From contig JBDSIP010000131.1 in assembly GCA_039917915.1 (NCBI GenBank), forward strand, positions 1-50,418: a stretch of DNA of 50,418 nt, read 5' to 3'. A program made the translations under genes and the position numbers. Positions 10,201 to 19,572 of the stretch are shown here, one piece after another; the stretch's first letter is position 1, and each line of letters starts with the position of its first letter. The stretch is from Thermoflexales bacterium. GTDB taxonomy: Bacteria; Chloroflexota; Anaerolineae; J036; Brachytrichaceae. The notes beneath the pieces are model-generated. The model was given only the letters and a program-made list of their open reading frames with translations. It was not told where the DNA came from and did not search any database.

Positions 10201-13200
10201 CCACCGACGCAGTCCCCGTCAGCCCGCCCAGGCTGCCTGCCACGTCATTGCCATCATAAAAGCCTGCCGGCTGGTTCTCTACCAGCCGGTAGGTGCCGGT
10301 GAGAAGCCCGCCAAAAGCGAAGAAACCGTTATAGTCGGTCGCGAGACTCTGCGTCACCAGCGAGCCATCCGCCAGCCGCCCATAGGCCGAGATCGTGACG
10401 TCATTAATCCCGGACTCATTGAATTCGCGCGCGCTGTTGACGTTGTCGTCGGCAAACACGTATCCGGTCAGGGTCGGGCCTAGTTTGAAGTCGCAATAAG
10501 AGCGATCCGTTCCGTACTGCAGGACGATGCCGCCAATGGCGCGGCCCGCTGCGGAAGCGGCGACGTCGCAGACGCTCACGCCAAAGTCCGCATAGCCAGG
10601 CGGGAAGTTGAGCTGGGTAACGGTGTAGACGCCCGGCGCAAGCCCGTTGAAGCGATAGTAGCCGCTCGCATCGGTCGTCGCCGTCATCAGCACGCTGCCC
10701 CCGCCGGACGGGATTCCGTTCAGCCGCACGGTCTGGCTGACCAGGCCCTGGCCAGCCCAGGCCGCGCTGCTTGCGTACCACACATACGCAACCCGCCCGC
10801 CGATGCTGGCATTCATCAGCTCGCCGAAGTTATAGTCGGTGGCGTAGGCGCCCGGGGCAAGGTTCAGATTGACAAACTGGTCGTTCGCGCCGATCGATCC
10901 GCCGGCGCCTGTGCCCAACTGCTCCTGCCCATCGGCGTACCCGGCCGGCTGAGACTCGGTCAGGGTGTACGTGCCCGGACGCAATCCGATGAACTGATAG
11001 GTTCCCTGGGTGGTGATCGAGACGGCCACCGCCTGGCCAAGGTTGTTAATGCCCGTCAGCAGAATCACGGCCGGCGAATCAATGCCCGACTCATAGCTAT
11101 CCCGGACGCCGTTGCCGTTTGTATCCAAATACACGTAGCCGCCGATCACATTGCGCTGCTCGCCAAAGTTGTAGCCAGTGATGACGACACCGGGGGTGAA
11201 GACAATCCGCGAGATGATGTCGTTGGTCAGGGTCAGGCCGCCGCCCGTGCCGACCGTCTCGCGGCCGTCCAGATACCCAGCCGGGTGGAACTCGCGGATC
11301 GCGTAGGTGCCGGTCACCAGCCCGCCCCAGTAGTAGATTCCCTGATTACACCGGTTGAGCGCCCGGTAGTCCGGGGTGAACGAGGTCGCGTTCAGGGTGA
11401 CGTTGGTGTTGTAGATGTCGACGCCGGTCAACTGGAGACTCACCCCGCCGATGCCAACCTCCGGCGAATTGCACAACGTGCCGGGACTGGGCTCGAAACT
11501 TCCATTGTCATTATCGTCACGGTAGATGTAGCCAACGATGCTGGGCTTCTCCCCGAACGCCGCGCCCTTGGTCTGGCCAACCGTTAGCGAGATGCCGCGG
11601 ACTTGATCGTTGACCATGCTGGCCTCGGGCGCATAGGCGCGGTCCAGCCCGTCCACGTCCACATCCCGCTGGATTTCGGTCAAGGTATACACGCCCGGCC
11701 GAAGCAGGGGGAAATTGAACTGGCCGCTCGTGTCCGTGGTGTCGGTCGTCCACACGCTCTGGCCGAGGTCGTTCCGGCCGGTGAGCACGATCTTCACCCC
11801 GGCCCCCACCGGCGTTTCGGCGCTCGACCAATCCTGGGAATAGAAGGGCGGCGCGCCTTGGGGCGGCCACTCGAAGATTCCGTTGTCGTTCAGGTCAAAG
11901 TACACATACCCGCGCAGCGTATTCGGCGGATACTCGCTGAAGTTGTAGTCGCTCCTAAACACACCGCCGGCGTAGTTCACGTCGATGTAGTCCTCGCCAA
12001 GCGGGCCGGGTGTCCCGCCCCCGGCGCCGGCAAAGTCCGGGCCATCGAGATAGTTGGGCGGCGGAATCTGGCGGATGCGATACGCGCCGGCGGCCAGGTC
12101 GCCAAAACTGTAGAAGCCAAAGCTGTCGGTCTGGGCCGTGCGGGTGATCGGATTGCCACCCGTCGGCGCGCCGGTCAGGATCAGGGTCACGCCTTGCAGG
12201 ATCGGATCCGGATACCCCGATTCGCTTGTGATATAGCCGTCGGCTTGAACGTCTACAAAGACGAACCCGCCCAGGCCGGTCTGCATCTCCCCAAAATCAT
12301 AGCCGTAGCCGTAGCCGGCGACGCCAAGGACGATCCCGGCAAACGTATCGGAGGGCACAAAGCTCCCGCCCAGGTTGCCGAGCGCGTCCTGCCCGTCGGT
12401 GTAGCCGGCGGGTTGCTGCTCGGTAATCGTGTACACACCCGGGCGCAGGTTGGCGAAGTTGTATGACCCGTAGCCGGCGGTCTGGGTGGCGCGGAAGACC
12501 GCAGCGCCCAGATCATCGACCCCATTCAGGCTCAAGTCGACCAGCGGTAGGCCGGGCTCGTTGTTCTGGCGCGTGGCGTTGTTGTTGATGTCGAGATACA
12601 CCAGCCCCGCCAGCGCCGCGGGAGGCAGTTCTCCAAAGTTGTATTCGGCCCCGAACTGGTTCGCCCCAAAAGTGACGGTGAAGACGTCCTGGCCCTTCGA
12701 CCCGCCCAGCGTCCCAAGTTGTTCTTTGCCGTCGAAATACCCGTTGGGCTGATACTCAACCATCCGATACGTCCCGGCCAACAAATCGCCAAACGCATAG
12801 AAGCCAAACTGGTTTGTCACAGCGGTGCGGTTGATTGGATCGCCCAGGGTTGTAGTTCCATCCAGCGCGACCAGCGTGTCCGGGATACCCGTCTCGGTCG
12901 CAATCTGTCGCGCGCCGTCATTGTTGAGGTCGCGGAAGACATAGCCGGTAAGGCCTACCTGTCGCTCGCCAAACAAATATCCGGTGGCGTAGAAGGCGGG
13001 CGCCAGATTGATCCCAACGATGGCGTCCGCGCCATTCGGCGTGCCGCCCGCGTTCCCGGCCGCGTCGATGCCATCGGTGTAGTTGGAGGGCTGGATCTCG
13101 ACCAGGCTGTAGAGGCCGGGGCGCAACCCATCGAAGCTGAACCCAAAACCGGCGGTGGTCAGCGTCATACGGACCGTTTGATACAAGTCGTTCGTTCCGC

Positions 13201-16200
13201 TCAGAATAACGGTCGCGCCGGTGATGTTGGGTTCGCCACCCTGCTGCTGCCCATCATTGTTGATGTCCCAGTAGACCGTGCCGTTCACGTAGGCGACATC
13301 GATCTCGCCGAAGTTGTACTCGGAGCCGTACTGACCGGGTTGGAAAACGATATTGACAATCTCGTCATTCGCGCCCAGCGCGCCGCCCAGGTTCCCCGGC
13401 GTGTCCTTGCCGTCCAGCATCAGGGCCGGCTGGGTCTCGGAGATCCGATACGTGCCCGTGATCAGATCGTTGAAGTAATAGAACCCATAGTTCGTCGTCG
13501 TTGTGCGGGTGACAAGCTGGCCGAGGGTGGTGAAGCCAAACAGGCTGATCGGGGTGGCGCCAGGCGCATAGCCGCCCTCGTCCCGCAAACCATTGTTGTT
13601 GCTGTCGCGATAGACGTAGCCGCTCAACCCGGAGATTCGCTCGCCAAAGCTGTAGTCGTCAACGTAGTCGGCGCCCAACAGGGTCACGCTGTAAATCGCG
13701 TCGTTGCCCAGTGTTCCGCCGCCGCAGCAGCCCACTTTGTCTTTGCCGTCGACAAAGCCGTTCGGCTGAATCTCGGTGACGGTGTAGACGCCCATCCGCG
13801 TATTGGTGAACGAATACAGGCCATTGATCGTCGTCGTTGTCGTCAGCCACACCGGCGCCGTCAGGTAATCGGTCCCGCGCAGAACCAGGGTCGCGCCCGG
13901 GATGGGCGGTTCATTCTGATCGCGAATGCCGTTATCGTTAAGGTCGAAATAGACCGCGCCGGCGAAGATCGACGGCCCGATCTCGGCGAAGTTGTAGTTC
14001 GTCCCGCCCGGGCCGGTCATGGTGACCGAGATGAAGCGATCACTCCCCAAGATGATGCCGCCCGCGCCCGCGCCCAGGGTTTCCTTACCGTCGAAGTAGC
14101 CGGCCGGCTGGACCTCGGTGATCGTATACGTGCCGTTGGGCACATTCACAAACTGATACACGCCCGCGCTATCGGTTTGCGCCACCCGCCCGACCGCGGC
14201 GCCATTGCTGCTCTGCGTCCCTGTGAGATAGATCGTGACATTGGGAATGCCGGTATCGCCATATCCGGCGCGAATCCCGTCGTTGTTGCGGTCCTGATAC
14301 ACGTAGCCGCTCAGGAAGCTGCCCGATTCGCCAAACTGATACTGGCTATACGAGTAGCCGGGATAGACCACGAGATTGGTGAACGTGTCATTGACGATGC
14401 TTAGAACGCCGCTGGGATTGCGCTCCTTTCCATCGAGATACCCGGCCGGCTGCGTCTCGCTCAGGGTGTAAGTTCCCGGGCGGACGCTGGTAAAGTAGAA
14501 ATAGCCCGAAGCGTTCGTATAGGTCACGGCGATAACCTGCTGGCCGCGGTCATCAGTTCCAGACAGGGTCAGCGTTGCGCTGAGGATGCCTGGCTCGCTG
14601 TAGGCGTAATAGCCATCATCATTGAGGTCCAGGAACACGATACCGTTCACCTGGGCCGGGGTCAGCTCGCCAAACAAGTAGTCACGGCCATAACTGGCCT
14701 CGGTGATGGGGATGCCGGAGATGAGGTCGTTGCCATTGACGAGCGTCGAGGTGATGCCGCCCAGCGAACCGGGCGTGTCGATACCGTCGAGGTTTCCGGT
14801 GGGCTGGGGCTCGATCAGGCTGTACGTGCCCGTGATCAACGAGCCGAAGTAGAACTTTCCGTAGCCGTCGGTGACGGTCGAGCTGAAGACCGCCTGACCG
14901 TAAACGGTCGTGCCGCTCAGGATGATCTGGGCGTTGTAGAGCCCGCTGTCAGAGTACGTGTTGAATAATCCATCGTTGTTGGCATCGCGGAACACCCAGC
15001 CATACAGACCAGTCAACAGTTCGCCGAAGTTGTAGCCGCTGAAGTCCGAACTGGCGACCGTGATGGTGATTCCCTGGAAGCGGTCATTGCCAGTCGACGC
15101 AGGCGCCGGATAGCCGGCGCTTTCTCGCCCATCGGTGTAGGTCAGGGGCTGAGTCTCGGTCAGGGTGTACAAACCGGGTCGAAGTGTGGCGAAGTCGTAA
15201 TTGCCGCTCGCGTCGGTGGCGCGGGTCAGGTAAACCGAAGCGCCTACGTCGTCGATGCCCGTCAACGTGATGGTGACCCCGCGAAGACCCGGCTCATAGG
15301 GCGGGGAGTTCTGGTCATACGAGCCATTGGCGTTCAGGTCCTGATATACCGTGCCGCGAATGTGCGACACGGGCAGATCGGCGAAGTTGTAGTTGACGCC
15401 GATGCCGCTGGTCGGGTAGACGATCCCGCTGATGATGTCGGTATAAAGGGTGCCGCTGAATCCGCTCGCGATACCATTGATAGTCCCGGGCTGCTCGAAG
15501 CTGTCAAGGAGCCCCGCGCCCTGGGTGGCCGTCAGCTGATACGTGCCGGCCGGGATGCCGGCGAAGACGTAGAAACCGTCATAGCCGGCAAGGGTTGTGG
15601 TGAAGACGGTACCGCCGTCGGTGCTGCTGAGCGCAACCGTGGCCGCCGGGAAACTCGGATAACTGGTCTCGCTGGTGTCGTGGAAGCGGTTGTTGTTCGC
15701 ATCCTGATACAGGAAACCGGAGATGCCCGTCTTGAGTTCGGTGAAGCCATAGCCCCAGGCCGACGTGCCCGGGGTGATGATGGTGATCGCGTCGATCCGG
15801 TTGACGCCCGGGATCCCGCCAAAAAAGTTGCCGATGATCGACGGGCCATCGGTATAGCCGCCCGGGGGCTGGGTCTCGATCAGCGAGTAGGCGCCTGGCC
15901 CGAGGTTGTTGAAGACGACGCCGTAGCCGTACGGCCCGCTGTTCAGGACGATGGGACCCACTGTGTTGCCCACATCCGTTGTTCCAGTCAAGGTGACGGT
16001 GATGTTGTAAAGATTGAAATCGGTGTTGTCGTTGGCGCCGTTGGCGTTCCGGTCAAAGTAGACGATGACGGTGACCGACGACGCGTACAACTCGCCAAAG
16101 TCGAAACCGCCGCCGGGCGTCCCGGGCGTGTAGGCGATTCCGGCATACATATCGCTGCCGACCGTCGCGGGCAGTTCGGGGATGCCTTCGCGGCCATCCG

Positions 16201-19200
16201 CATAAGAGCCTGGCTGCAGTTCGGAGATCGTGTAGACGCCCGTCACCAGCCCGGTGAAGGCATACCGGCCATAGTTGTCTGTCTGCGTTGTGCGCATTCC
16301 GATCGCGCCGGTGATGGTCTGCCAGGTCAGGGTGATGCTGGCGTAGCTGATCGGATACTCGTTGTTGGGGTAACTGGCGTAGCGCTGGTAGAAGCCATCG
16401 TTGTTGGTATCGCGATAGACGTAGCCGCTCAACGCCGGCGGATACTCGCCAAAGTTGTAGAGTCCGGCCTGAATGCCGGGGGTCAGGGTGATGACATCAA
16501 AGCGATTAACGCCGATCTGAGGATAGGGGTATCCGGCATCCATCGGGCCGTTATTGAAACCCGCGGGCTGTTGCTCAATTACCGAATAGACGCCCGGGCG
16601 CAGCGGAGTGAACACATAGCGCGCGCCGATATACGAGGAATACTGAATCGTGCCGGTTGTCGTCGTTGTCGTCATCCACACCGATTGACCGGCATCGTTG
16701 ACGCCGGTGATAACGATCGTGACCCCGTAAATCGGCGGGTCGCAACTGGCGGGGCAGGAACCATAGTACGAAAGATACTGGTTGTTGTCGCTGTCAACAA
16801 AGGTGAAGCCCGCAATGCTGGACGGGGCTACTTCGCCAAACGTATTTCCCACCGCCGCAACGGGCCGGCCATCCGGTGTTGTGGGGGTGAAGACGATGCC
16901 GCTGATCGTGTCGGCGCCGATGGCACCGGTGATGCCGCCGCCGGGGCCGACCTGCTCGAAGCCATCCAGATACTGAGGAGGCTGCTGCTCGCTCAAGGCG
17001 TATGTGCCGGTCGGGGGCGCGCTGAAGAAGAATCGGCCCTGGGCATCGGTCGTCGTCGTCATCCACACGCCCGCGCCAGCATTGGTGAGCCCACTCAACC
17101 ACATTGTCACGCCGACAATCCCGGTCTCGCTGCTGTATGCGCCGTTTGCGTTGGCGTCGATATAGACCAGCCCCGAAATGCCGGGGACGAATTCTCCAAA
17201 GGTGGCCCCGCCAATCTGGGAGGTACCCGTGACCGCAATACCGCTGACGATGTCGTTGGCGGCCACACCCGACCCGGTGGCCTTGTCAAGGCCGTCGGCC
17301 CATGCTTCAGGCTGCGTCTCGGTCAGGGTGTAGATCCCTGGCGCAAGGCCGGAGAAGCCGACGCTGCCGTAGAGATCCGTCAATATCGTAATCGAATAGA
17401 CCGCTCCGCGATACGACAAGCCGGTCAGTTGGACGGCCTGGCCGCTGATGCCGTCCTCGAGATACTCATAGGCGCCATTGCCGTTCAAGTCCGCGTAGAC
17501 AAGAGCCGAGATCGTTCGCGGATTCAGCTCTCCAAACAGATAGCCTGTGACAGGCACGCTGTAAGTGACAGGGACGCTGGCGATGACGTCAAACGTCGGC
17601 GCGGGACCCGAGATTAGGCCGCCGGCCGTGCCCGCGGCTTCTTCACCGTCGAAGAAGCTGCCGGGCTGGGTCTCGGTCAAGGTGTAGATGCCCGGCGGCA
17701 CAGGGAAAAAGGTGAATCGGCCGGCGCCGTCCGTATTCGCCGAAAGCGAGAGCGGCTGCCCGCGGTCGGTGGTCCCGGCGAGGCCAATCGTGACATTGAA
17801 GATCCCACCCTCTGTCGGCGGGTCATAGGCGCTATTTCCGTTGTAGTCTCCATACACCGTGCCCGACACGACCGCAAACGCGTACTCGCCAAACGTGTAG
17901 GACAGGGCAGGCGTGGCGGCGACCAGGCTGACCGTCATGACGTCATCGCCGAGGACGCCCCCGGCCGTGCCCAGCCCATCGGCGCCGTCGTCGAAGGCGG
18001 ACGGCTGATACTCGCGCAGGACATAGGTTCCAGTAGTGAGCGCGCCAAACGCAAAACTGCCATCTGGGGACGTCGCGCTGGTGAAGACGCTCCCGCTTCC
18101 CAGGTCCGACAGAGTGATGGTGACGCCGGGCACGCCCGCCTCGAGCCCGGGCTCCCAGGTCCCGTTCAGGCTGGTGTCGGCGTAGACGAGGCCGGCCAGG
18201 CTGAGCTCGCCCAGCCCCTGGCTTTCGTAGGCGCCGATGTCGCAGGCCGCCGAGCCATTGCCATCACCGTCGGCCGGGCGGGGCTGGCCGCGCTGGTCGA
18301 TGGCCGGGCAACCCGCCCCGCCGGCGTCGATGGCCCGGCTGCCGTAGACGAGCGGGACGACCCGCGTGCCGGCCATCGAGACCGGCGCGCCAATACCCGG
18401 GTTGACGTTGACGATATCGCCAGTCCCGGCTGAGTAGTAGTAGTTGCCGGCGCATTGCGTGACGTTTCCGATGAGCATGTTTCCGGCCGAGACAAGGCTG
18501 CCATAGCAGTGCGCATCCGGGCCGCTCGTCGCCGCGGTGTTGGCGCCGATCAGCGTGCCCCGCATCGTCAGCGTGCCATACGAGTTGTACAGGCCGCCGC
18601 CCGAGCCGGCGCTGGTGTTGCGGGCAATCGTGTCCCAGGCAAACGAGACGCCGCCCGAGCCGTAGTGATACACACCGCCGCCGCTATACGCGGCGTTGTT
18701 TCCGGCGATGGTAGTGCCGGTGATGCCGCCGCTGGCGTAGTACAGGTACAACCCGCCCCCCACGTAGGTAGATCGATTGTCAACGATGGCGCTGCGGTTG
18801 ATGTTGACGAAACTATTCTGCAGGCTGGCCCCGCCGCCGCCGTTCTGGTTCAGGTTGTTGCTGATGAGCGTGCCGCTGATCACGACCCGCCCGCCGTTGG
18901 CGTAGACTCCACCGCCGTAATAGCCGCTGTTGTTGTCAATGACGACATCGTCCAGGGACAGCAGATAGGCGTTGTTGAAGTAGATCCCGCCATACCCGAA
19001 ATTGCCCTGGCACGCGCCGTCGCGGACATCGACCTGGCTGAGATACACGCGAGTCTGCGAGCCGGCAATGTCCATCCCACAGCCGGTGTTCACCACGCTC
19101 CCGCGCCGGATCGTCAGGCCGGTCAGGGTGGCCGTCATCGGCGAATTGCTGACAGCCGGCAGGATGTCAAAGACGCGGTCGGTAAGGTTGCCATCGATGA

Positions 19201-19540
19201 GGGTTGCGCCTCGACCCGCGCCGGCGATGGTGATTGTGTCGCGCAGGTCGAGGTCACCGGTGGCGGCGTTGTTCTCGATGGTGCCGGTCCGGGTGAGGAG
19301 GAAGGTCCCGGCCGGCACGCTCACGGTGTCGGGGCCGGCGTGGGCGTTGGCCTCCTGGATGGCGGCCCGCAGGGTGCAGGTGCCGGCCGCGGTAGCGCAC
19401 ACGCCGTTGCCGACCGCCGCGTCGGGCAGGTCCGAAGGGTCATTGACCGGGTAGGTATCGGCCTGGGCGGCCCCAGCCAGTATCAGGCAGGCGAACAGCG
19501 CGCCGAACGTGGCGGAAAGAATTCGAATCAGTTTTCGCAT
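7256..19540 (-). CDS. Giant secreted adhesin-like protein B1 (4094 aa): beta-helix head, 27 SdrD-B/Cna-B-like domains, choice-of-anchor-L-like domain, beta-sandwich, cohesin-like C-terminus
   Basis: ATG start with signal peptide MRKLIRILSATFGALFACLILAGAAQA. Uninterrupted 12.3-kb ORF. Domain evidence is given in the sub-features. Paralog at 26977-39234. Confidence 0.92.
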   Translation of the reverse strand: MRKLIRILSATFGALFACLILAGAAQADTYPVNDPSDLPDAAVGNGVCATAAGTCTLRAAIQEANAHAGPDTVSVPAGTFLLTRTGTIENNAATGDLDLRDTITIAGAGRGATLIDGNLTDRVFDILPAVSNSPMTATLTGLTIRRGSVVNTGCGMDIAGSQTRVYLSQVDVRDGACQGNFGYGGIYFNNAYLLSLDDVVIDNNSGYYGGGVYANGGRVVISGTLISNNLNQNGGGGASLQNSFVNINRSAIVDNRSTYVGGGLYLYYASGGITGTTIAGNNAAYSGGGVYHYGSGGVSFAWDTIARNTSAGSGGGLYNSYGTLTMRGTLIGANTAATSGPDAHCYGSLVSAGNMLIGNVTQCAGNYYYSAGTGDIVNVNPGIGAPVSMAGTRVVPLVYGSRAIDAGGAGCPAIDQRGQPRPADGDGNGSAACDIGAYESQGLGELSLAGLVYADTSLNGTWEPGLEAGVPGVTITLSDLGSGSVFTSATSPDGSFAFGALTTGTYVLREYQPSAFDDGADGLGTAGGVLGDDVMTVSLVAATPALSYTFGEYAFAVVSGTVYGDYNGNSAYDPPTEGGIFNVTIGLAGTTDRGQPLSLSANTDGAGRFTFFPVPPGIYTLTETQPGSFFDGEEAAGTAGGLISGPAPTFDVIASVPVTYSVPVTGYLFGELNPRTISALVYADLNGNGAYEYLEDGISGQAVQLTGLSYRGAVYSITILTDLYGSVGFSGLAPGIYTLTETQPEAWADGLDKATGSGVAANDIVSGIAVTGTSQIGGATFGEFVPGISGLVYIDANANGAYSSETGIVGVTMWLSGLTNAGAGVWMTTTTDAQGRFFFSAPPTGTYALSEQQPPQYLDGFEQVGPGGGITGAIGADTISGIVFTPTTPDGRPVAAVGNTFGEVAPSSIAGFTFVDSDNNQYLSYYGSCPASCDPPIYGVTIVITGVNDAGQSVWMTTTTTTGTIQYSSYIGARYVFTPLRPGVYSVIEQQPAGFNNGPMDAGYPYPQIGVNRFDVITLTPGIQAGLYNFGEYPPALSGYVYRDTNNDGFYQRYASYPNNEYPISYASITLTWQTITGAIGMRTTQTDNYGRYAFTGLVTGVYTISELQPGSYADGREGIPELPATVGSDMYAGIAYTPGTPGGGFDFGELYASSVTVIVYFDRNANGANDNTDFNLYNITVTLTGTTDVGNTVGPIVLNSGPYGYGVVFNNLGPGAYSLIETQPPGGYTDGPSIIGNFFGGIPGVNRIDAITIITPGTSAWGYGFTELKTGISGFLYQDANNNRFHDTSETSYPSFPAATVALSSTDGGTVFTTTLAGYDGFYVFAGIPAGTYQLTATQGAGLLDSFEQPGTINGIASGFSGTLYTDIISGIVYPTSGIGVNYNFADLPVSHIRGTVYQDLNANGSYDQNSPPYEPGLRGVTITLTGIDDVGASVYLTRATDASGNYDFATLRPGLYTLTETQPLTYTDGRESAGYPAPASTGNDRFQGITITVASSDFSGYNFGELLTGLYGWVFRDANNDGLFNTYSDSGLYNAQIILSGTTVYGQAVFSSTVTDGYGKFYFGSLITGTYSLIEPQPTGNLDGIDTPGSLGGITSTLVNGNDLISGIPITEASYGRDYLFGELTPAQVNGIVFLDLNDDGYYAYSEPGILSATLTLSGTDDRGQQVIAVTYTNASGYFYFTSVRPGTYTLSETQPAGYLDGKERNPSGVLSIVNDTFTNLVVYPGYSYSQYQFGESGSFLSGYVYQDRNNDGIRAGYGDTGIPNVTIYLTGTQSSNGAAVGRVAQTDSAGVYQFVNVPNGTYTITEVQPAGYFDGKETLGAGAGGIILGSDRFISVTMTGPGGTNYNFAEIGPSIFAGAVYFDLNDNGIRDQNEPPIPGATLVLRGTDYLTAPVWLTTTTTINGLYSFTNTRMGVYTVTEIQPNGFVDGKDKVGCCGGGTLGNDAIYSVTLLGADYVDDYSFGERISGLSGYVYRDSNNNGLRDEGGYAPGATPISLFGFTTLGQLVTRTTTTNYGFYYFNDLITGTYRISETQPALMLDGKDTPGNLGGALGANDEIVNIVFQPGQYGSEYNFGEIDVAYVNGTVYWDINNDGQQQGGEPNITGATVILSGTNDLYQTVRMTLTTAGFGFSFDGLRPGLYSLVEIQPSNYTDGIDAAGNAGGTPNGADAIVGINLAPAFYATGYLFGERQVGLTGYVFRDLNNDGARQIATETGIPDTLVALDGTTTLGDPINRTAVTNQFGFYAFGDLLAGTYRMVEYQPNGYFDGKEQLGTLGGSKGQDVFTVTFGANQFGAEYNFGELPPAALAGLVYLDINNNATRQNNEPGLPLVDLSLNGVDDLGAAVFRATQTAGYGSYNFANLRPGVYTITEQQPAGYTDGQDALGNLGGSFVPSDTFAGIVLGVAGYGYGYDFGEMQTGLGGFVFVDVQADGYITSESGYPDPILQGVTLILTGAPTGGNPITRTAQTDSFGFYSFGDLAAGAYRIRQIPPPNYLDGPDFAGAGGGTPGPLGEDYIDVNYAGGVFRSDYNFSEYPPNTLRGYVYFDLNDNGIFEWPPQGAPPFYSQDWSSAETPVGAGVKIVLTGRNDLGQSVWTTDTTDTSGQFNFPLLRPGVYTLTEIQRDVDVDGLDRAYAPEASMVNDQVRGISLTVGQTKGAAFGEKPSIVGYIYRDDNDNGSFEPSPGTLCNSPEVGIGGVSLQLTGVDIYNTNVTLNATSFTPDYRALNRCNQGIYYWGGLVTGTYAIREFHPAGYLDGRETVGTGGGLTLTNDIISRIVFTPGVVITGYNFGEQRNVIGGYVYLDTNGNGVRDSYESGIDSPAVILLTGINNLGQAVAVSITTQGTYQFIGLRPGTYTLTESQPAGYADGQEQLGTGAGGSIGANDQFVNLNLAPGAYATDYNFGELMNASIGGRVAYVWYASSAAWAGQGLVSQTVRLNGIPSGGGSVLMTATTDASGYYRFNGLAPGVYTVTQLNFPPGYADFGVSVCDVAASAAGRAIGGIVLQYGTDRSYCDFKLGPTLTGYVFADDNVNSAREFNESGINDVTISAYGRLADGSLVTQSLATDYNGFFAFGGLLTGTYRLVENQPAGFYDGNDVAGSLGGLTGTASVAAQPGYSPPITNDIIAGIVYTPNAVGANYLFAELRPARIRGHVYYDIDDNGVFGSPPDPLVDPVDVYLDGIDDLGASVRMTNTGRVAGFIFSGLRPGTYTLTEVQPPTYTDWVDNVGTHGGVLGNDQIRFIIVTWGDDARSYTFGERKFGIIGTVFADRNNNGAYEPYPPVGDSGIAGAIIWLTGTTTLGNPVLMTFTTESGGAFNFPDLQPGIYTLSETQPAGYADGIDALGSLGGLLSNDRVTGIVIGDHSFGQGYTFGELPPSTLSGYVYVDASNDGYRGGFGEPGIPGVTITLQGQNTLGDPVLMITRTNGLGYYIFRGIPNGSYSLLETQPNFVDGIDRAGSGAGGVALDDLIVGIGFNMIVDAKEYNFGERPSALSGHVFWDENGNAAREITETGLSPATLLLRGTDFNGQPVNKTTKTTFEGYYAFEALPGTYWIQEVQPFGYLNGAALPGTLGGVISGANIITNIVVGIGGAGSDYDFAEVAPTAVDMAGAMGLDLAFLQSASMQTDLINKAGVGWPGVPGAPLPGVATLAGFPTSGPTFAYLGTGNMLFADQSNSGPNTFGLGDYARLALTFTVPTTATCMSMDFAFFSEEFPEFVGSQFNDYFDAFVDGQPIARDQNGNRISINSVFGATPANALGTTYDAATPRLRSRAALTPGATSVITFFVTDVSDTAYDSAVFIDKFTFGRPEGEACVPGANLPVGVVLTKTVGPWPETGNPVCALSDAITVTAGTDVAYCYRATNTGEYTLTTHTLVDSAFGPLFSQMPQELLPGETFEYIISRVETQTTVSVGTWTGYYSATFGAASSDVTTVTIPGPIITPTPSPGSATLLLMPGSAQTYYTQPITVAVMISGVSNLGGYEVALRFDPNLVTATNITQGSFLTSTGRSMIALPTQIGPDSVRFGAGTIGAAAGPSGNGALAWVRIAPRDVGTATLTLSNTLATNISGLTISLTNQGGQLYVIHPGSAYLPTVLR
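7259..7708 (-). other. Cohesin-like C-terminal domain of B1, ending in AYLPTVLR-COOH (tail = 7259-7282)
   Basis: YTQPITVAVMISGVSNLGGYEVALRFDPNLVTATNITQGSFL...GPSGNGALAWVRIAPRDVGTATLTL matches the cohesin-type pattern. The last codons read gcg tat ctg ccg act gtg ctg cgt. Confidence 0.65.
8111..8716 (-). other. Choice-of-anchor-L-like domain of B1
   Basis: LTFTVPTTATCMSMDFAFFSEEFPEFVGSQFNDYFDAFVDGQPIARDQNGNRISINSV...FFVTDVSDTAYDSAVFIDKF. The F.SEE(F/Y).E.VGSQFND core is as I recall it for the choice-of-anchor L family. Confidence 0.55.
8717..18205 (-). repeat. Array of 27 tandem ~111-130-aa SdrD-B/Cna-B-like domains in B1
   Basis: I counted 27 units (aa 446-3608). Each has the pattern (L/I)xG.V(Y/F).D.N.(N/D)G....E.G(I/L).(G/N)V.(I/L).L.G......V..T.TD..G.Y.F..L.(P/T)G.Y.(L/I).E.QP.GY.DG......GG.....D.I..I.......Y.FGE. 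The unit lengths sum exactly to the span between the beta-helix head and the C-terminal region. Confidence 0.85.
18221..19459 (-). other. Right-handed parallel beta-helix head of B1 (choice-of-anchor-Q-like)
   Basis: GNGVCATAAGTCTLRAAIQEANAHAGPDTVSVPAGTFLL is followed by reiterated GGG(L/V)Y..G...(I/V)..(T/S).I..N turns, and ends with PAIDQRGQPRPADGDGNGSAACDIGAYE. Confidence 0.7.
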
Positions 19541-19572
19541 GGCGGGTCGTTTTCACTTGCGGGCAAGCTAAA

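Noticed and set aside
15362-17617. Long plus-strand ORFs antisense to the giant genes. Examples: 451-1716, 3004-4278, 9050-10483, 12719-14404, 15362-17617, 18455-19750, 20017-21663, 33469-34662.
   Set aside because: Their translations are Arg/Gly/Ala/Asp-rich low-complexity sequences with no recognisable motifs. They lie entirely inside strongly supported minus-strand genes. This is typical of stop-codon-poor antisense frames in GC-rich DNA.
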